64,000 nucleotides of DNA. Source: Podarcis pityusensis. Lineage: Eukaryota. Each line of letters starts with the position of its first letter. Within the stretch, counting starts at the first letter, position 1. Under the pieces are notes generated by a model. That model had not been told where the DNA came from. It did no database searches and saw only the letters and a list, made by a program, of their open reading frames with translations. Positions 50,952 to 63,803 of this stretch are shown here, in pieces. The position numbers and the translations under genes were made by a program. Location: NCBI GenBank assembly GCA_964106645.2, contig OZ067041.1. One strand, 5' to 3'.

Positions 50952-52369
50952 ATGGGCACATGGAGTATGGTGAGAAGCTGGCCCATGTTTCAGGACTGAA
51001 ACAAAAGTTGAGAGGGTGCCAGGGAGATGCAGAAGGGAGTAGAGACTGATGTTTGAGAAGAAATCTGTTAGTGGTGGGGTGGGGAGGATGTTGGGTTGAG
51101 CTTGTGGTTGTTGTTTTTTTACAGAGGTCAATACCACTTCCAAGACCTTTAGCATGATGCATGCGGGAGAAATGATGTCAAAGAAGAGAACAGCAATAAC
51201 TGCAGTGTCGGAGGCAGAGAGCCTGATTTTGTTGAGGGCAAGGGAAGGGATTGAGAGAGAACCACGAGAAATTTAGGGATAGTGCAGGGTTGGGTAGACT
51301 AGTACGCCCAAGGAATAAAAAAAGGTCTCATAGAAAGAGATGGAAGTTTTGGGAGTCATAGATACAGTGAAGTCAATCTCCTGGAGTATGTGGGCCTCTC
51401 AGTAGCTGTCTCTTTTAGGAAGGCGTACCTCAAGGTAGTTACAAGAGTTAAATAGGTGGAGTGGAAGGAGCAGCAGCTAGCAGCTGCAAGCTACTTTCTT
51501 CTTGATGCCTTCTCACTGCAGAGTCCAAGGTCTGAAATCTCCGGGTCACAAACAAGAGATGTTCTTTAGTAGTGTTTTGACAGCTGCCCAAGACTGGGTT
51601 GAGAGACAGTGACAGCAGACAATGTGTTCTTCGCATTCCAGAATAAAAGGAACGAGGGCAGGAGAGACCAGATGTTAGTTTATTGAGAATCTAAGAATTT
51701 AAGAAGTTCCTTGCTGGATGAGACGAAAGGGCTACCCTGATCAACGCAATTGTTCCAATCTGTAACCAACTAAGTGGCTTTGAAAACCCTTCATGGCATG
51801 AAGATTATGGTTATCGCCTGTTAACCAATCAGCTTTTGGTGAATTTTGTTTCCAGCCGCATTTTTAGTTCAGTTCTGTGTGGATTTGCTTTTACTGTGTT
51901 GCTGCAAAATCTGGTAGAGGTGTTATTCAAACCAGCAACAAGAGCATTGTTTTTGCTTTACATTAGTCAAGCAACCAAGATGAGAATAAATAAGTTGTTT
52001 AGAATAAATAAGTTTAATGAAGTTGTTTTTATCAGCAGTTTTTAGCCAAGAGGGGTGTGGATGAGGCGCATATCTGCCTGGACCATGTGGGTGAAGCATG
52101 AATTACAGCCCATGTTCATTTTCAGATTGGTATAGATGCGAAGTGACTTTAATAATTATAAATACAAACACTTGGAAAATACATTGTGGTGCACGAAGCC
52201 ACAAGGATTATGTTGAAACTTCCCATAAGGCTATTTAACAGATTTCCCCCCTGCAGTAAAATCCTTTTTCACCTGATTTATAGCATTTGCGACTCTGAGC
52301 CCCTGTATTTTCTCTGAACAAGTTGCACAGTGCACATAGTAGACAAAGTGTTAAAGAGCTAGGAAAATA

Positions 52370-52509
52370 NNNNNNNNNNNNNNNNNNNNNNNNNNNNNNN
52401 NNNNNNNNNNNNNNNNNNNNNNNNNNNNNNNNNNNNNNNNNNNNNNNNNNNNNNNNNNNNNNNNNNNNNNNNNNNNNNNNNNNNNNNNNNNNNNNNNNNN
52501 NNNNNNNNN
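52370..52509. other. Assembly gap
   Basis: Run of N. Confidence 1.
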
Positions 52510-53795
52510 CTATAAATAACAACCATACTTTTTGCTAAAAAGAGCTTTTTTCCTATCCTAGGTCTTTTGTCTTGGAGATGAATGCTATAATAAATTTGCA
52601 GTCTTGGGGGGAGCATTGCTTGAACTATAACAGCAAGGTTTACAACTGTTGCTTGTATTATGAGGCAGATAAAAAACAACTGTGGAGCTTGATCTTTGTC
52701 ACGGAAATGGATTAAGATTTCAACCTTCAGCTTGGGTCAAGTGTATGATCTTGCCCAAAGCATCCTGCAATTTAAACACTGTATGTGCGATTCTATTCTT
52801 AACCCCAATTCTTCCCTCTTTAAATTCTCCCAAGATACAAAAGTTTGTGGTTTTCTGCATGGAATCAAAGGCAGAAATGTCATATAAAATTAAGAAATCT
52901 GTTTTGGGGGTACATCTTTTCATTACTAAGCTGGCTGTAGATCAACTATATTTGGTGACTGTTGGTGACACTTCATTGAATAAGTGCTAAGGAAATGCTT
53001 GGAAATTCATTCTAGATTTTTCAGTAGACAGGTTAGTAAACTGACTGCTATCTTCTTCCAGGTTTGGTGTTTTCACATGTCAGGAAATAGGCTTTTGGGA
53101 ACCCTCTGTTGGACAGAACCAGACCAGTTTTGTTATGTGCAAGTGCACCTTCGAAAACATGGTTTAACAGAACAATCGTATGCATTTCTACTAAATGCAA
53201 GCAAGCTTCATAGAGTTTGCTGTGACTTGCTCCCAGATATGTGTAGATAGCATTGTTGCCCTTTTTCTTTTTAGCAGTAGTTAGTTCAGCATCTGCTCTT
53301 ATAAATGCATAATATTTGCTTTAAAGATTAAACAATAACTTTAGTTTCCATGTTTAACAAATATAGGCAAACATCTTGACTTTGTGTGTTAATAAACAAA
53401 TTAATTTTTCATCATCACCAGATTCATTTTTGTGAACCAAAATACTTTATCTGTGCAGTAAAAAAAGATGGTATAAAACTATACCGTATAATTCAGATCC
53501 TCTTGTATTTGGCTTGTATATGAAAAAACACAATGCAGTCTTAGCATCAAAGATCATATGGGATAGCTAAAGTTCCCCAAATATGGGGAAGGGAGGGTCT
53601 GTGTATTTACTATGGAGCAGTGATTTGAAAAATTGATACTTTTTGTGAACTGTTTTCACATTTACTTGATTTCTGAAGAACTCCTGTGTGAGGTAAAGCA
53701 TACCAACAGCATCTTCTGAGGTAGAATTGTTTTTCATGAAGCTTTGGTCAGGCCTGCTAAAAAATGCCCATGAACTTAGAGTACCCCCCCAAACA

Positions 53796-53880
53796 CATAA
53801 GAACATAAGAAGAGCCAATGGCCCATACAGTCCACAGTGGCCAACCAGATGCACGTGGGAAGCCCCAAGCAGGGCATGAA
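53796..53880 (-). mobile_element. CR1 3' terminal fragment
   Basis: (CATAAGAA)2 tail followed by CACAGTGGCCAACCAGATGC. Confidence 0.6.
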
Positions 53881-54471
53881 ACATCCAGCATTGTAGACAG
53901 TGCCTCAGAGGTGAAGACTTGTAATGGTGGGGAAACTGTCTTTGGGTGATTAAATATTACAATTTTTTCCGCACTGCAGTACCTGATATGCAACCAAATT
54001 CTCCTTACCGATACAAAACAGCCAAACCTTTCCAGTATGACAAGATCACCATGGGATAGCTTGGTCACCTGTGTGAACTCCTTCTTAGAAGCATATCTTT
54101 TTAATGAGGGGCTATCCCCCCACCTTTTTAAAAGAAGCTTTTTATTAAAAGTTTTCAACAAAAATACAGTAAAAGTCAAACTAGTCTGAAGAAAAAGAAT
54201 AACGAGAAACCAAAATAAGAAGAATCAGAAAGTGAAGAGAAGAGAAAGAATAAATACAAAGGGCCTTCATCACATTTATATCATATCCTTTATCCATACA
54301 CAGAAAGATAGAACCTCCCAGATCCCACCTAGGAGCAGGGACCACTGTCTTCCAACTGTCACCTTCCTGTGTAGGTCCTTAATCCTTCCCAGTTTATATC
54401 ACCATACGCACTTCTGGGAATAGCACTAGTCTCTGAAACATATAACTCTGATTTAAGCCCAATAACACTCA

Positions 54472-54942
54472 TCAGAGACAACATCTTGCTGACAAAGGTC
54501 CATATAGTTTTCCCAGTAGTGATGTATGGAAGTGAGAGCTGGACCATAAAGAAGGCTGATCGCCGAAGAATTGATGCTTTTGAATTATGGTGCTGGAGGA
54601 GACTCTTGAGAGTCCCATGGACTGCAAGAAGATCAAACCTATCCATTCTGAAGGAAATCAGCCCTGAGTGCTCACTGGAAGGACAGATCATGCAGCTGAG
54701 GCTCCAAGACTTTGGCCACCTCATGAGAAGAGAAGACTCGCTGGAAAAGACCCTGATATTGGGAAAGATTGCGGGCACAAGGAGAAGGGGACGACAGAGG
54801 ACGAGATGGTTGGACAGTGTTCTCGAAGCTACTAACATGAGTTTGACCAACCTGTGGGAGGCAGTAAAAGACAGGAGTGCCTGGCGTGCTCTGGTCCATG
54901 GGGTCACGAAGAGTCGGACACGGCTCAATGACTAAACAACAA
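54472..54942 (+). mobile_element. BovB (RTE-clade LINE), 5'-truncated
   Basis: ORF 54486-54935 VFPVVMYGSESWTIKKADRRRIDAFELWCWRRLLRVPWTARRSN...HGVTKSRTRLND*; CAA tail. Confidence 0.95.
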
Positions 54943-56557
54943 TACTATGAGTAAAACTGCCACTCCCGTGTTTTTGGCCAAGTAGAGGTGGTTTTATGAA
55001 GTAGCTCATTCATTCCTTCTTAGTCACAGACCTCTAAGTGTCCTCAACTCAGGAAATGTTTGGGGCATTCAGCACCTCAAATTGTCAGTCAAGCCAATTT
55101 GAAGTGCCCATTAATCAATTAGTTATGAACTTCATCTTTATGCCTTGAGACAGTTAATATGTCAGGTCTTTTGTAGTGTCGCTGAAGCTGCACATTCTTT
55201 GTGAAATACTAATAGAACTTGGCTATTAGGATGGGCATGAAACAAAAAATTATCTTTCCATGAAAACTGAAGATACAAAGATAGGTGACAAGGAACTGCC
55301 ATGGTGACATTTGTATTATGCCTTTTGAAGTGCACTGTCATCTTACATATGTATGGCAGTAATATTTGGAAAGAATGTTAAGTCCCAGATAGCACTGAGC
55401 ATTTTTTATGAGCATAACATATGTAGCGTTTGTGAAACTTAACGTGGGACTTGTATTTGCAAATTTACTTTGGAATACACATCAAATATGATCATGGTCC
55501 AACATACTACCTCACAGTGGCAGTTAATACATCTGAATGCCTAGAACAGGGGTAGCCGATCTGATGCCCTCCAGAAGTTCAGGACTACAGGAGTTGGCCT
55601 AGAAAACAAACAATGATAGCTAAGATATTTCTGTTCTCCTTGAGACCTTCGTATCTGGCCATGGTCTCATCAAAAAGCAGTTTCTCTACCTAAAGGCACC
55701 TATCTGATGACTCGTTTACTGAACATTGTATGAATATTCTAGTATTAATTATTGTCACAAATGCTCATGTAAGCAGGTCTACAAGCATGTATTGGATATT
55801 TGCCTGTTATTAAATGTGTGATAATGTGCAGCAATACTGATGGCTTTGTAGAATTAGGGAGTGGCCTTATTATAATCATTAAATATTAATTAAATTTGTT
55901 ACACCATACACAAAGAACTGTCTCAAAATGACCATCTTAAAAGCCATATTTAAAATGATTTATGATAAACAGTTCCTAAAAATTCTCATCCAACAACACA
56001 ATAAGAAAGATGAATTGACTTATTTACTGATTTGTTCCATTGCAGTGGATGCCCTCCGCGGCCCATGCATTACTACATCTTGTCACTAATTCCTGGAAAG
56101 AGGTGACTAATATGTCCCATGGTTATAAAAGTTTATTCATACTGATAGTGGTTTTGTTTCAGAGGTCAATAAAAAATCTCTTAGGGATCTCTGACTCTTA
56201 AAAAGAAGATTACATTGTTTTCAAGTCTGGAAGAGTTCTGTTGTGTTGCTTTTAAGTCTGTGTAACCAGACTCTGTGTAATTTTATACCTTAAATCAAGA
56301 TTTAATCCCCAAGTCCCTTAATCGCACAAAACCATAAACATCAGAAATATAGCTAGTTTCTTGTTTTAACACCATTATCCCCTTAAAAAAACCCTTCTCC
56401 AGCACACTATAATAAACTTATTATGTGATTCAATTCCGAATTTTGCATTGTTATCAGGTGATATCCAATATTGTGCAAGCAAATTTCCACCCATGCAAAA
56501 GGATGTTCTCTTCTTCTTCTCCCCATGCAACTCTCACCCCCAAATCTTCTTTCAAGA

Positions 56558-56664
56558 AGTGATATCTGAAGAAGTGTGCATGCACACGAAAGCTCATACC
56601 GAGAACAAACTTAGTTGGTCTCTAAGGTGCTATTGGACAATTTTTTTTATTCTTTTCATATATT
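56558..56664 (+). mobile_element. Short Penelope-like-element-derived insertion
   Basis: Flanked by direct repeat TCTTCTTTCAAGA (56545-56557 and 56665-56677); contains a hammerhead core and TTGGTCTCTAAGGTGC, which I recall as typical of reptile Penelope ends. Confidence 0.75.
56560..56601 (+). ncRNA. Minimal type-I hammerhead ribozyme motif
   Basis: UGAUAU-CUGAAGA-A-GUGUG(CAUG)CACAC-GAAA-GC-UC|AUACCG: intact core, stem II, palindromic AGCU stem III, stem I with one A.C mismatch. Confidence 0.75.
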
Positions 56665-59600
56665 TCTTCTTTCAAGAGTCTTCCTCCCCAAGGTGGGGGA
56701 ATAGGAGAAGGGGAAGTTTCATTGTGCTAGGGTAAATCTCTTGGTGGGTGGACCCAGTTGGATCCTTCTTTGTGGTAGTAGTGGTATATTTTTTTATTGG
56801 CTGTTCCTGCCTATCAAGAGCTTTCCTACCATAAAATGCCTACAAATAAAATTTAGGAGTTTTATTTATATATCAAAATGTGTTCTTATGCCATGTGATA
56901 AACAAAACCTGACCACTTGATGCAATTGCTTGTCCATATTAGGCCTGGTACATACATTTAACCTTCTCAATACTAGGTTGTTGATAGGCTTGTTTCCATC
57001 AGTCAGTTTCTGCTTACACTCCCCCTCCCCTCAATTCCTTTCACACCGGGACAAGACGCACCACTTGCTGCAAAGCAAGGAGGAGTGCGAAGAAAGCTGC
57101 AGCTCCCATCTCTTCCCATCCCTCCATGGCTGTTGGAGAGAGGAGGAAGGCGAGGGCTAAGGGAGCCATTTTTGTATTACTATAGCAGATAGTCCTCTGT
57201 CCTTTCCTTTAGATGATGGCAACATGTTCTGTGACATTGCCACTTTTGAGATCTTGCTTCATTAGATTGGGTGACTGTTTATTTGAAATTGTAATGAAAT
57301 ATTTACTTTATAGAGCTATAAGGATTAGCTGAGATAATTGAGTGAGGTTGATTTGGAGCTTTCAGTGTAATAGGTGCCCCCCCTTCCCCTTGTTTGAATA
57401 CAGAGCTCTGCTAGGATGAATGAGGGAGCGAGTGTGTGTCTGCCTGTCACTTTCTCTCTATATATGTTGCTTTTTCTCCTGGAGATAAGTGGGGCCTAAT
57501 GCTGAACAAATACTGGAAATCAGAAGCTACTGAGAATCATTCGCTTCCCTCTTTCCCATGGCAGCATGATAGACACTCAGTCAAAGAGTCTCCCCCCCTC
57601 CTCTCCGCAGAGCAACAATTTTGTCACCACAAGCAAATCCAATTGAAAAGTCCCTTCGACCGGAGGGGAGAAAACTCCAGTTGTCAGAATCAGCAAACAG
57701 AATGAAAAGAACCAAGAGGAGTAAATTGGCACCTGGTGCAGCCGTGGCTGTTTGTGATAGGCTGCTGCATTGTGTTGGGTAGACATTCAAGCATTTTCAG
57801 ATATAATGGAAGAAATTAATGCAAATGAGTGAATGGAATGAAATGTATTTTAATGCAGATTTGAGGGACTCTCGCAAACTGCTTGATAACAAGTCACTGT
57901 TAGAAAAGGCCTACATTGTGAGGATTCATTTTCCCCCCATTTCTTCTCACTAGTGGCTCATAAGGGCCCTTTTGTTCTCTAAGTAAACTCTTTCTAAACT
58001 ATTGACATTGCTCATTTATGTGGATTTCAGATGCCCCCCCCCCCTTCTGACAAAGTAGCCTTGGGTGATCTGGGAAAACGTTAATTGCAAGAGGACAAGG
58101 AAACTGGTTGAAACAAGAAATTCAATCATTAAGTGTAATGTTGCAGTTGTCCATGCCTCATTATAGCATGCACACAAGGCAATAAAATGCATGTTTCACA
58201 AACAAATCTTTTAACAAGTCTAGTTCAAGAGCCTCCAGCTTTACACCCCTTTCTGTCTTTTAGTCTTTGGTCATGATCACAAATAAACTTTAGATGCCCT
58301 GTGCAGTCCTTCAGAATTATTTTAGAGTCCTGTAGATTTCAGTAAAAGCAAGCTTTTCATATTCTGGAATCATTATTTTGCCCATTCACTTTAGTAGTCC
58401 TCTGCTTAGAAGAGAATGCTTCGGTTCTTTTGCTTGTTTTATTATTGCATGGATGCTTGACAACAACAAACAAGATAGAGCAAATGTTCTGTGGAAATTT
58501 TGGTTGTGTGTGTGTGTTTCATTTCACCAAAACATTAAATAGATTTTCACTCATCTGTGCTCTCCTTTCTTTGCTTTTTGTGGGAATTAAAAGCATTTTA
58601 TCTGGCTTCATTGAGTTTAGTGTGTTGTGGGGAGAGAACAGCTAAACAGAAAACATCTTCCTGGGTATCTGTAGCTTTAGAGCTACTAAGCTAAGAGACC
58701 CAAGAGTAAAGCAGTTAGAAGGGAAAGAGGTAACAGATTCAGCATTGTCCAAAAGTTCCAGACCAGTGATTAATGTGTAAGATAATGGACTTGGGAAATG
58801 AGTAAACACTCCCGTACTCCCTGCTTTGTGCTTGAATGACTTGATGACAAGGGCAAAGCAAGGTGAGAATTTAAACAGAACTATAGGAAAAAAGAGACAA
58901 AGACTAGCAACAAGCAAGCCAAAGTGGGAGTTTACTGGTTTGTGCTGTTGAACAGTATAAAATACTTATTTAAACTTTTGAAATGGATTTATTTAATACT
59001 ATTATCCTTAGGTGTGCTCATTTTTTAAGGAAAGAAAAATTAAAGATTGACTTGGTTTGGATAAAACATTAGGGCTGTTAAGCGTTTGTTTTACACACTT
59101 AGTACAACTGCACTTTGCCTTTCAACCCATTTACTCAAGGGATGTTTATAAAAACACTACTTTAACTTTTAAAATTGATTAATAATTTCCCTCAGAACTG
59201 AATAACCAAATAATTTAATTTAATGTAAGACCACCATAAGTATCATTGGCAGAATGCAGATGCTAGTACCCAGAAAAATAAATAAGTAAATGATATTCTG
59301 TTAACTAAACCCACATATTTATAGACCTTGAGATAGATACATATTGAAGTACGTAGTTTGAGTTAGATGAGACGTCAGTAAACAAAAGTTAACTCTTTGT
59401 TAGAATGAAAGGTGGTCTTAATATTTTCTTTTTCAGTTCCTAACATAGTGAAATTAGGCTAAAAATAAACAAGTGTGCCTTTGTAGTAATTGTATCTCCA
59501 TTGATTAAAATTGATTGCTACCTATTAATCAATGAAATCAATGGGTGATATCAAACCCATATTCACAGTAGACCTATTGAGGTCAGTTGACAAGTATGTT

Positions 59601-59879
59601 GATTTCAGTGAGTATATTCTTGAGTGTCACCCAATTGTTTAATAATGTACAATTACACATTATAGTCTAGTAGTAATAAAAGTTTAAAATAGCAACATGT
59701 AAAACTTCAAAGTAACTGTCACATGGGTTCTTTACTTTGGCATCTTAATTAGATATGCTTCCTGAGAACATTCAAAATACAATTATATATGTGTGCTCTT
59801 CATTTGGATTCTAAATGCAGTAACAAATAAGAATTAAAAGATTTTTACACAAAGGTTTCTGATTCTAAATTAGCCAGGC

Positions 59880-60200
59880 CAATCCTGCTGGATCATCTCA
59901 AAAGCCTATCTAGTCCAGCATCAGGTTCATAACAGTGACCAACCTGCAGGAAGTCCCAGAGCAAGACTTGAGTGTAAGAGCACTTACCTCATTTGTGATT
60001 CACAGTCGCTGGTATTTGAAGGTATAATGCTTCCAACATAGCCATTATAACTAGTAGCCATTGATAGCCTTATTATCCATGAATTTGTGTAAACCTCTTT
60101 TAGAGCCATTCTTGTTGGTGGCCATCGCTATGTCTTATGGTAGTGAAATCCATGGTTTAACTGGGCACTCTTATGAAGAAGTATCTCCTTTTGACTGTTG
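59880..60200 (-). mobile_element. CR1 LINE 3' end
   Basis: Minus strand reads RRYFFIRV..KPWISLP..GSKRGLHKFMDNKAINGY* (CR1 ORF2 terminus), then 3' UTR with GCTGGACTAGAT. Confidence 0.75.
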
Positions 60201-61870
60201 TTAATATTCCAACATTCAGAGAGCTTGTTTGAGATCCAATTTCTCTGATGCAACGGCATACTTTTGTGGTATTTTGTAACATTCATGTTTGTATGTGGCA
60301 GTAGTTATTGATAATATTCCTACTTTGTAACAATGTACACCAGTCTTGACGAACCTTATGCTCTCCAGATGTTTTGGACTACAATTCTCATCAGCTCCAG
60401 CTAGCTGCTGCTTCTGTGGCAATCATTCGTGGCCAAGTAAGATAGTCTTTCATGAACACGGTTTTAACAGTGAGTCCATAAGTGGCTGTGGAGGCCCATT
60501 CTGGATCCACACATCCTTCCACAGTGGAGACATAGGTTTCCGGGCAGGAGTTGATCACAGTGAGGGTTTGCCAAATGTGCCTTCTTTCCCTTTTGTCCTG
60601 AGTCTGAGTGTCTTCAAAGCCCATGATGCCTTTGCTAAAGACTGTTCTCCAAATGACTTGGACTGCTTTGGGTATGATCCACTTCACCTCTGGTCCAGAT
60701 CAGAACCTCACTTCAGAAAACCTGAGATTTCCCATTGGCTTACATGGGTAAAATGGAACAACTGCTAAAACTTTTACTTTTTGGCAGAACTTGAAATGTG
60801 CAGGTGTATAGATTCCGTCCCTCCTCCAAGGCTTTTGGGGTAATTTGTATGAAAATAGCAGACGTGATCCTTGATAACCTGTGAAATTTAAGAGGTGTTC
60901 AAGAATTATGATAAATTAAAAAGATGTTGAGGCTTAGTTTTTGTTTCTTGCTCAGTTGACACTAACTGTTCCTTCGACATCTGCTTTTTGTAAATTTTAT
61001 GAAATAAATAAATAAAATCCTTCCCTAAAGCTCTGTGATTGGATATAAATAGGAGAGTCTTGATAAGTTTATTTCTGATTGCAAGCTGGAGCTTTGAGGC
61101 AGAAAACTAAAGCCCTTTCTCACTTAACCCTCTGTTTTTCCTTGTACGGAGATCTTGGAGAGGAAATCTTATCTATTTTTAAACAAACAATCTAACACTG
61201 CATTCTCCAGATCTTAAATACTGAGGCTTAAGAGCAGCTTGATTTATTTTGGTTGATTTCTGGGAAAGCCTGTTCCACCTTGGACAAAGCCGGAATTGCC
61301 CCCAAGCAGTATACTGTTACCAGCCACCCCAATCTCTGCCCAGCAGTAGCAAGAATCTAGGGGTCTTGGCACTTAACCAGGACTTGTGTTCCTTCGGAAT
61401 GAGACACGGCTGAGATACATGGATTTATTTACGCATATAGACACCTTAGCCTTGATGTAGAGAGGGGCAGAACATTGCACATCAAGAGTGTCTCTTGTTG
61501 CTTCTCTTATAGTCTCAGGCAGCTTGAGAAGAAGCCAGCCATGCTCTCCGCATCCTCCTCCAGCCAGTGCCACATGGAGTTCTAGCCCCTCCCCTCATCT
61601 TCCCCCCAAACCTTGCTCCAAATGCAACTCAAGCCTTATGTAAAAAAATAATAATGCATTTTTTGCCCCCTGTAACCCTGGAAACTTCCCCCTCCCAACT
61701 CTGCTGTTGTCTTCTGCTAACTAACATACAGTGGGACAGGAACTCGACCCCCACTCTTGTCTTGACACTTGAATGTGTCATCTTTTGTCAGAATCATGAC
61801 TCTGATATCACCTGCCTTTGTTTTGTGATGGCACCTCTCTGAGGAAGCTGGCTTGACTTATTGTTTAGGC

Positions 61871-62006
61871 CAGGCATAGGCAGACTCAGCCTTCCAGATG
61901 TTTTGGGACTACAACTCCCACCATCCCTGACCATCGGTCCTGTTAGCTAGGGGTGATGGAAGTTGTAGTCCCAAAACATCTGGAGGGCCAAGTTTGCCTA
62001 TGCCTG
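61871..62006. mobile_element. Near-perfect palindromic hAT MITE
   Basis: TIR CAGGCATAGGCA...TGCCTATGCCTG; inner arms CCAGATGTTTTGGGACTACAACT / AGTTGTAGTCCCAAAACATCTGG; perfect TSD GTTTAGGC; truncated relatives near 55547 and 60360. Confidence 0.92.
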
Positions 62007-62934
62007 GTTTAGGCCTTGCAAAATCCATGGATCAAACATCACATTTACTAATTTCAGAAATTATAAGGAGACCCTTGCCCCCTGCAAACCTGTAACAATC
62101 CTATGCTTCTAGCTTTGGACTTTTTGCGAAGCACATACATTGTCTTAGTAGCAGGATATTCTCCACATAATTCCCAGCTGATTCAGAAGGTAGGGGAAGC
62201 TTTAGTGTATCTTTCATCTCTAGCTCATATGACATATGTGTTTGCTCGTTCTCTAGTCTATCTAGGTGCTTAAATTATGACCTCTCTGACACCAGTCAGA
62301 GAGTGTACCAAAGAGCAATTCTGCTATTGAGAGGGAGGAAAGCCTTTTTACTCGCTTTCTACTTTCTACCCAAGCTAGCAAGTGAAGAATGGAAGTCATG
62401 CTTTGATGTGCATAAAGTATTAAGCCTTCCTTACATACATTTTTGCACAAGCATGACTATATCCCTAAGCATCGTTATGTGTTTGCTGTTATTGTACTCA
62501 AACTGTAGGGACAGAAGAATTAATATGTTAGAAAATAAATATTCAACATATATTATTTGCACGGTAATGACCATACAAAAGGATGTGGTTCTACGTTTCC
62601 TTAGATTTTTATTTGCAGCTTGGTTCTTTAAATTGCTACTTCACAAAAAAGGGGGTATAGCCTGATTCTCAAATATTTGGAACATACACCCTACACAACT
62701 TTAGACCAGCAAATGTTCAAATGTATATACCAGAGTGGTGTTAATCATTGTGTTCATAGCATACATTGGCAGGTAATTCAGGTATAAAAAGAGATATCTG
62801 CACAGAAGCTTACAATCTTATTGCTTTAAGCCACTACATGCTCAAACAGATGTTGAAGCAAAGATTAGCTCTCTCTTTCCTTTGCATGTGCTAGTGTACA
62901 AACCTTTTAAAGGCATCTATGAATTATTGCTTTG

Positions 62935-63114
62935 NNNNNNNNNNNNNNNNNNNNNNNNNNNNNNNNNNNNNNNNNNNNNNNNNNNNNNNNNNNNNNNNNN
63001 NNNNNNNNNNNNNNNNNNNNNNNNNNNNNNNNNNNNNNNNNNNNNNNNNNNNNNNNNNNNNNNNNNNNNNNNNNNNNNNNNNNNNNNNNNNNNNNNNNNN
63101 NNNNNNNNNNNNNN
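62935..63114. other. Assembly gap
   Basis: Run of N. Confidence 1.
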
Positions 63115-63803
63115 AAAAGTGCAATTGAGGGAGTTCTGTCATTTTGTGTTGCAATCTATTCATAAGAAAGTTTGCTAAAACATTACATGCTGTATTTTGG
63201 TTTGTGTATTTCTCTAGTTAAGACGGATTCCAGCTTTTGTATGACAAACAAAACCTTTCCGTTTAGCAGGCGCTGGCTTTAATAGGCTTGGTTTAACGAG
63301 TCTCAGTATTGCATCTTTGTATAACATTGTTCTTTTGTCAGTGCTCACACCTGCTGCCTTTGCTGATGATGATGCATTTGGGCTCTCTCCTCTGGGAGTA
63401 ATAAATCTGAGAGCTGTGACTTCATTGCCCTTATGCTTTTATCTGATAGCTGGGAGAAGGTAAACGATGAACTTTTACATGTAGAAAGCTTTTAGTTTCT
63501 TCTCACACCAAAGTATCAGTTAATGTTAAAAGAGCTTTCAAAAATACAGAGAGATACTGTCAATCTGTCCTCAGTAGAATAAATAGTTTGAATGAATTAT
63601 TTTTGTTTTGCAGTCTTTATGGCAACCTGATAGAGAATTTAGAAGGGTATAATATTTTGTTTTATGGAAGTGTGAAAGAAGGATTTAATTATATAAGTAA
63701 CTTGTGGCAGCTAGTTACGTTTCTGTTGGGCTGAGGAGTCCCTTGCACCTGCCCTTTATTTTTATTGCTTCAGATCAACTCGGTAACATTCCTCCCAAAT
63801 GTA

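Larger units (their letters stand above)
49620..51700 (-). mobile_element. Highly decayed L2-clade LINE ORF2 (endonuclease and RT remnants) interrupted by SINEs
   Basis: Degenerate minus-strand motifs in the expected order: LLNS.ILNKL (~51690), LSLDSIP (~50490, cf. CPLDPIP), LDLS-like (~50025), GSVLD (~49905, cf. QGSVLG). Confidence 0.5.

Noticed and set aside
54359-54928. 189-aa minus-strand ORF
   Set aside because: Antisense shadow of the BovB coding sequence.
63362-63450. Box C/D snoRNA (ATGATGA ... CTGA, GCT/AGC ends)
   Set aside because: The C box lies within a (GAT)n run, the terminal stem is minimal, and I see no recognisable rRNA/snRNA guide. snoscan could retest it.
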